A stretch of 55,416 bases of DNA, filler included, from Dimargaris cristalligena (taxonomy: Eukaryota), in NCBI GenBank assembly GCA_003614675.1. It is 3 parts of 3 records of this genome, joined end to end, with 100 filler letters (N's around TTAATTAATTAA, not from the genome) between each part and the next. Parts side by side here need not be neighbours in the genome. Positions count along the whole stretch, not along the records: positions 37,032 to 55,416 come from ML002768.1; 2 more parts are not named here. One strand, 5' to 3'. The notes under the pieces are model-generated. The model did not search any database, had not been told where the DNA came from, and worked only from the letters and a program-made list of their open reading frames with translations. Below are positions 48,679 through 55,416 of the stretch, one piece after another; the first letter of the stretch is position 1; each line of letters starts with the position of its first letter. Both the position numbers and the translations under genes were made by a program.

Positions 48679-51191
48679 GGGAGGCGCTTTAGACTTAGAA
48701 TGGCAACGAGAACAGGGGAAAGGCCGAAGAAGTGGTGGGGTAAGTTTAGCACCGAAGGAATTGCGGGAGTAGAAGCAGTCCGTCGTATTGGCGCTTGGGA
48801 GAAGGGTTGGCACTAAAACGTAGAGGGGTTGGGTTGGGAATGAGGAGGTGACGGGACGACCAAGGCTGGTTTCCGAGGAAGGGGCGGGCGCAGGAAAGAG
48901 AAAGACTAAGTAAGGTGTATGTTACAAAGCACGGCTGGACTATACAATAAACAGAGATGGGTTACAAAGGCAATAGCATATAGCCAGAGTCAGGGTAGGG
49001 GAGGGGAGGACAGGAAACGCACGTTAGGCTATTTCGGGAAAATTGGAGCCGGGAAAGGAAAAGATAAAGCGAATAAGAAGAGTGGGAGGGGAAGGTCTAT
49101 ATATATATATTACAGGCCATTGGCGGTGGCTAACGTAGGTAAGGTGGGGGGGGCAGTTTGTATGCACCGAGGAAAGGGAAGACAAAGGATAAAGGGGTTT
49201 AGTAGACCATTTAGGTAGATAGATAGATATAACCCGAAAAATTAGGAACCGCACGCACCGCGAGTGGGGGAAGAAAGGGGGAAGAGTGCCTTCTTATCTG
49301 GCTTTGTCTCCTCCACTTACAACTTACTTATCCACACACTAAGCCCCAAGGGCTAACAGCCGGAGAGATCGGTGGCCAATAGGAAAGGATATACCTTTCT
49401 GTCCCCTTAACTGCATTTCTTCAGTCTATGCCATTTTCTCTTCTCTTGTCTCCTCGGCCTATTTGAGGTTTCAAGCCATATTATTTCCATCTGACTAACT
49501 GTTTCTTACAGCCTGCCCATACATGCACGTTTGTCCTGTGCAGGCTGACCTACGCGAGAGAAAGCCCGTATATAGGAAAGGGAGAAAGACTACTAACTAG
49601 TGGGCAGGCTCGAGTCCCTCATTCCCTTCTCCTAGCAGCTGCATTAAATCCGCTTGGTCCTTTAAGCCCCGGCCCGGACAAACTACCTGTCGAATGCAAC
49701 GAGTTTCTTTGACCTCTTCCGGCGCATTAGTAAAAAAACCCCCCACTTGTCTATCTACCCATCATGAGGGGGCCGAACCACCCGGGGAAGGGCGTGAGTA
49801 GCCGAAACTGTTTCTCCCACAGTAGACAATAGCTACGCTGTCTGGATAGTGGGCGGGGGAAGAGGAGTTTTGTCTGCCTAAATTGGCTAAACCAATCTAT
49901 ACACAAATACGCCAATACCCCAGGCGATAAAGAGACATACCCTCCTCCTCCTCGCTCTATATACACACCCACGATACCGAAGTCGGTCCTTGTAGACCGA
50001 TCAACAAATGTGCCACTCGCTCTTACTAAGGGCCCGTGGGGGGGAAACGACCACCAGTCAAACTGATGGCACACCGCCTCGTATGTATGGCAGACAGGTG
50101 GTGCTCTCGCTTCCAAAATAGAAAAGTGGTAGAACATGCCCGGTAGGGCGTTACACCGAGCCGTAAGGCACCGAGAGTGTCGCCGCCATCGTTAATTGCA
50201 AGCGATGTCGCCATCCAGCAGGGCGAGTTGATTATCAAACCCAACGAAGACTGAGGAGACTTGTCACTTAGAGGCCGGCTCAAGGTTTACCTCCACACAC
50301 TGGCAGCGACCATGGGGCTAAATAATAGAATCGATCGCAGAGTGTGAGCACACCATCATTCCAGGGGACCGTATAAGGGGGGGGGAGTGATAATCAGCCT
50401 GGCGTTCATAACCCCCCCCCCCCTCACCCTTCCGAATACACCAAACAATATGGGGGCCAAGGGCAATTCAAATTGTTCACAATATCCCGGGATTTTCCCC
50501 AGCCCAATGACCATAAGGCCGGGTGATCCGATGAGATATATTCACATTTCCCCCACGATGGACTTACCCGGAATCTCACTATCTATTTCTTCATCATGTT
50601 GGGCAGGGCGTGAATGTGGGCCAATTCCTTCTGAAAAGGCACCGGATCCCTATGATAGCGTAGTTATCGAACCGGCTTTAGAGTAATCTTTATTTACTTG
50701 ACCATGTATATTAGGTTTCCCCCTCCTTTTTGGCTTTTTCTTTCCAAACCAGCCAGCTATTATACTCGTAAACCGCGGGTGTAGGGTAAATAGGGTTTCA
50801 GGGAATCAGCCAAATTCACCAAACCAATAGGTAGGATTCATGGTAACTCACTTATCATACAATCCCTTATTTTGCCCATGCATGCAGATGCCGTCCGTGC
50901 GAATGGCTTCTCCGCTATACAGTGGCTCCCCCCCTTCTAGTACTCCCTCCGGCTGGGGGATTTAGGAGGTATTGCTGTAGATAGTGCGGCTCTTAATTCG
51001 CATTGGATCCGGATGTGCTCAGGAATAAAATGGGACTGGACTATACCTTGGTATAAGGCCCCACAGTATGGGCCAAGCACACTCACATAACTACATCGAA
51101 CTCAGATACTAGGAATATGTTTATCGAATAAGTGTATCTACTTGATAAATACCATTTACCACCATCTACAACCCCGAATAGGAGGAAAGCG

Positions 51192-53192
51192 TTATAACTG
51201 GATGCACAGATCATTGTCATGGTGTTGCTGCCACCGGCAGAGACTAGGCTCTAGCCACAATGCAGTCAGCCCAGCCAGGGTAATTCCGATACTATCGCCC
51301 ACGCCTACAGGGAAGGTCAAATGTAATGATGAGATACCGTATTAGTATGGTGCTAAGGGAGTACGACCTTTCAGAGAGTGAGCGAACGAGTTATTTTTTT
51401 AAAAAGATAGATATGATAAAGCTAAAAACATAAGCGGTCCACCGACAGTGCCACCTACCCCGAACCACCAATCAAACAATTACACTTACCAACTACACCG
51501 AGGGCGAATTCACGATAATTAGCCGGGACATTATGGGTTATGTTGAAAAACGTATTTACATATGTAGCACCTGGGATAGTATAGAAGAGATAGTGAATAA
51601 AGCACGCGGAAATAAACATTTATGAATCCAAGAATGTTAACGTATTTTGGACTTTCTGATTTACCTCGCATGGTAGTTCCATGTAGGTAAAAATCATTCC
51701 TAATTAGTGATTTGATGAATTCCACCTCCCCCAAATATAAATATAGATATGGGTATATATATATCCATGACAGAGCGAAGATCCATGAATCATTCGAAGG
51801 TATAGTGAATTTTGCGGATCCTTCCATGGGGTGGGTGGCCTACCGAATAGACTTACCTCCCAAGAGTCCTTCGACAAAAATAATGCCAAATACCAACCAA
51901 ACCGAGGGGATCCACCCGAACAAAGACTGGGATAGCATCACGGCCAAAATGCCCACCTGGGCCCCACTAGGGTACCACACCTGTCGAATGGGGAACCAAT
52001 GGACGCTCGACCGGGACACAAAAACCCCCATTTGGTAGATGGCCTGGTAGTACACGTAGTGGTCCTTAAGACGCTTGAAGGGGTAGTGCCAGGCGGTGGA
52101 AAGTGGGAAGAGAATGGTGGGGTTGATGCCCTGGTTGATGGTATACTCGGCCCAGTAGACCACCAAAAGGGGCAGTATGTAGATGGACAGGAGGGATCGG
52201 ACAACTTGGAGTCGTTGGTTGAGCGTCATGTCGTGGACTGGTACTTTGGGCAAGTGAGAGTACCGGTGGGGGTCGCCAATTGTGGGGTCGAGTGGCGCCG
52301 AGTAGGTATCGGTGGACATGGACGACCGGTATTCGGCCAGGCCAGGCTCCGCAAAAGCCTCTAAATTCCCCAAAGGCTCAGCATAGGGGGGCGGGTATAG
52401 GGGGGATGATACTGACTCATCGTCAGAGTGGTCAGTAAATTCCGCGGCCTCTTGCCCTAAAAGAGCAGCAGCAGTATTAGTAGTAGCTGCCCCTCCTTCC
52501 GTCTGTAGCGGACGGTATTGAATCATGGGACCAACGATGGGCCATCCCGTCAGCTGATTTAACCCACGGGTCTTCCAATACACCAAGCAGGCCTCCCACC
52601 TAGCCATGGGCACGCCCCGCGACCGCAAAGGTGACCATAGAATAAGGTAGAAAAACACCATCATAGTCGGGGGCAGTAAACTCACCGTGCGTAAAGTAGT
52701 CGACGTCGACAAATTGAACCAGGCGGTCAGGGCCAAAAACATCAGAGACCCCGTCACCCCGGCCCCGCCGGTTCCGGACGACCAGGCGGACACTGCCACG
52801 GGATCGAAATAGGATGTGAGCATCAGGAAACTCAGTTCCCCCAACCCTGAGGCGGCCGACGCCAACACTACCCCCAGGAGCCGGAGGGGAAGGGCCTGGA
52901 ACGAGGCCACTAAATGGAGGGCGCTAAATGACGCAACGGAACACACGACCACACGGGTGCCGTAGCGGATATGGTGGATAAAATAGGGCGCCACCAGTTT
53001 CACCACCAGGGAGGGGAGAATATCGGCCAGGAGGACCACCCCTTTGGACAAGGAGGCATTGGACTCTAGAATGTCCACTGCTGCGGACAGGAATACAACG
53101 TAGACGAAGTTGTTGATGAGGCCGCTGAAAAAGAAGGCCACGAGAATGGGCCAGGTTTTGGCAATGGGCCCGCTGGAACGCGGGGTGGCCAT
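51192..53192 (-). CDS. BTN1: Battenin Btn1/CLN3 vacuolar membrane protein; exons 53192-51857, 51570-51490, 51304-51192
   Basis: 'FFFSGLINNFVYVVFLSAAVDI', 'VVLLADILPSLVVKL', 'SGLGELSFL', 'AWSSGTGGAG', 'VYWAEYTINQG', 'YQMGVFVSRSS', and spliced 'EGLLGGATYVNTF...REFALGVVGVGDSIGITLAG...LC'. Confidence 0.95.
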
Positions 53193-54066
53193 TGTAGGAC
53201 AGCGCGGGAAGAATGAGAAGAGTCAGTTAGCTTGCGTAGTATAGAGCTAGTAGGGCGGTAAAGGGATAAAGCGGAGTTCAAAGAGTAATGGGTGAGACGT
53301 CAGAAGGCCTATTACTATAGCCAGGGACAATGCATATTAGGAACGGGCAACTCCTCTCATTCCAGGGCTTGTATTTGTATGCGTATGCATTAGAAGTAGA
53401 AAGCCTCGCCGCCCCAGCCAGTCCCTAAGCTGGTCTTACTGGCATTCTTTAATTCGCTCGCGGTTTGCTCCTTATAAGGCTAGAGAAATGGCCGACGGCG
53501 GTCCACTGGATCCCACCACGTGTGTGTGCAGTCACAGCCCTAGCGGGGTGCACTCATTATAACAAGTCGTTCGTATTCCCAAATAACCGTACCTCAGTCC
53601 AATGGCTTGGAGATAACCTAAGGTATTTGCTCCTATTTGAGTAAGTAAATTAGCAATTATAGTAATAGTTGAGGTCATTGGTAATAACTATAAACCTCGA
53701 ACCCTCTCACTACGTTGCTGCCTATCTATGAAAGGGGTGAGGGAGGGATGGTCGGATTCTAGGCTGCAAACACCTTCCCGCCCCCCTGTCTGGGTCACAC
53801 ACCCCCTAACCAGCCTCAGCCACATTTGAGTAGTTTACTTTTTGCTGTACACCGGGAATGGCCTAATTCCAGCCCACCTTGCCTTAGCCATTTGTTTCTC
53901 ATTCTTATTGCTTTTTATATAAATTTATTTTGAGCTATTCTTTCCTTGTGTGATTCCCCTGGCTTGCGCATTGGTACTCTATTGTCCAGCTATACCAGTA
54001 TATCCGTTTCGGGTTAAGCAGAAGCTTCCGTGAGCCCACGTTTACCAGCATTGCTCAAGTTCAACC

Positions 54067-55416
54067 ATGTTGAATTCTACGCCTTATTCACCCTCGTCCA
54101 TTCTATCCCTAGCCACCACCACCACCACCAACGCTCCTACCACTACCCCCATTTTGACAGTAGCTGTCCAACGTCCTGCCCAACCAGCTAAAGTCGTCCT
54201 TGAGGAAGAAGACTACGTGGAAGCCATCGAGGCCATTATCGAACGGGACTTCTACCCCCATATCGCCCGACTTCGCCAAGACAATGCCGCGTTAGACGCC
54301 CACGGGGCAGCCCCGGTGCCCCTAGCCTGGATCCGCCAGGCCACTGAAACCGGCTCCTTGACTCCCGCCGCCGTCATTCTCAACCAGGTCCGACGGGCTC
54401 GGTCGAACTGGGAAACGGTCACGCCGACCCCTGATCAACGCCGGGTTCCCGCCCCCTCCACATCCACCGGCGAAACCCTCCCCCCCCACCCCGAACTCAA
54501 TTCTATCCCAACCCTCCTCCCCTTGGCGATGTCGGCCCCGTTGGCCACGGGTCGACTACCGGGGTCGAACATGTCGCTGGACCAGTTTCAGGCCCAGTAT
54601 GACAATGAAGACAATAGCAGTTTTACCGAGATTATCGATAAGGACAATGCCGAAAGGAAACGCAAGCACGCCTGGGCTTATGAAGCCGAGGCCCGGGCGC
54701 AGGCCCAGAAACAGCTGCGCCTCCGGGATTTAATCGGCACCACCGAGGGCAAGTCTAGTCCCCAGCAACTGACCACCGCGTCTGCCTCCGCTTCGGTTGC
54801 TATTTCTGCTGTAGGCGACCCATCAACATCACCCACTTCTGCTCAAAAGGAAACGCCCAATGACGAGTCCGACAGTAAAGTTGCAATCGGCAAACAGCCT
54901 TCGGCCTCGACAACTATTACATCATTGGCTTCAGGGGAGTTAAGTTCGGAAACCTCTTCCCTTAGCAACAGTCGTACCCACAGTAATGCCACGACGGCTA
55001 CCACTGCTTCCCCGACAGATGACGAAAACCTACAGTCACTTGTGAAAATTGGCGACTCCAGCGCCCCATCGGGTCCCGCGCGTCTCATTGTTGTCCCAAC
55101 CCTGACTGATCCCCCCACTGCCGCCGATACGTGGCATTTCAAGGCCAAAAATACCTTCATGTATTCACCGGATGGCCTAGGTTCCAACTCCCCCCCGTCC
55201 AGTCGCCTAATCTACAGTGAACCCCGGCATATCGTCCACGCCAACACGCGATTTAGCGAACCCGAATTATTAAAACAAGCTCTCTTGAATAACCGTGGCT
55301 ATAGCCTTGCCTCATCGCGTTTGTCTACCGAGTCGTCTCTGGCCCATGGGGGAGAGGTATCCAGTGGCTTAGGTGCCACTGACCGTCTCCTACATTCCTT
55401 ACACACATTCGTTCCC
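54067..55416 (+). CDS. ESS2: ESS2/DGCR14 (Es2) splicing factor, 3' end runs off the window; absent from the ORF track
   Basis: ATG 54067 opens a frame with 'VLEEEDYVEAIEAIIERDFYP', 'MSLDQFQAQYDNEDNSSFTEIIDKDN...KHAWAY', 'DTWHFKAKNTFMYSPDG' and 'IVHANTRF', all Es2 family motifs. Confidence 0.9.
   Translation, partial: MLNSTPYSPSSILSLATTTTTNAPTTTPILTVAVQRPAQPAKVVLEEEDYVEAIEAIIERDFYPHIARLRQDNAALDAHGAAPVPLAWIRQATETGSLTPAAVILNQVRRARSNWETVTPTPDQRRVPAPSTSTGETLPPHPELNSIPTLLPLAMSAPLATGRLPGSNMSLDQFQAQYDNEDNSSFTEIIDKDNAERKRKHAWAYEAEARAQAQKQLRLRDLIGTTEGKSSPQQLTTASASASVAISAVGDPSTSPTSAQKETPNDESDSKVAIGKQPSASTTITSLASGELSSETSSLSNSRTHSNATTATTASPTDDENLQSLVKIGDSSAPSGPARLIVVPTLTDPPTAADTWHFKAKNTFMYSPDGLGSNSPPSSRLIYSEPRHIVHANTRFSEPELLKQALLNNRGYSLASSRLSTESSLAHGGEVSSGLGATDRLLHSLHTFVP

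Noticed and set aside
48800..51150. Possible structured ncRNA (snRNA, RNase P/MRP, SRP) in the long intergenic regions here and at 45600-47400
   Set aside because: I found no diagnostic motifs by eye. An Infernal/Rfam scan would be needed.

Overview
Eukaryotic, intron-containing fungal DNA. Gene content and style suggest an early-diverging fungus (Zoopagomycota/Mucoromycota-like), but this cannot be confirmed from the window. The window is three contigs joined by artificial 100-bp N44-TTAATTAATTAA-N44 spacers (18429-18528, 36932-37031), so adjacency across those points is unproven. Conserved genes: nucleoporin Nup192/Nup205 (intronless, broken by two +1 frameshifts at 8-nt G/C homopolymers), Mpe1/RBBP6, tRNA-Leu(CAA), a His-rich HSP20, a 6-exon WDR53-like WD40 gene, TRAPP subunit BET3, a secreted RlpA/expansin-like DPBB protein with a Thr/Pro repeat stalk, mitochondrial 3-oxoacyl-ACP synthase (CEM1/OXSM), a SAP30-like protein, BTN1/CLN3 and the 5' part of ESS2/DGCR14. 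Between these lie gene-poor, almost CpG-free islands holding a Tc1/mariner relic, a ~143-bp MITE family (4 copies), a diverged inverted repeat pair and a ~1.15-kb foldback element. Effector-like secreted genes sit in or beside these islands: one has a signal peptide followed directly by an F-box-like motif, and a pair of small two-cysteine secreted paralogs includes one copy pseudogenised right next to the foldback. Exon models were built by hand from GT-AG sites and reading-frame continuity; family assignments come from remembered motifs, not database searches.
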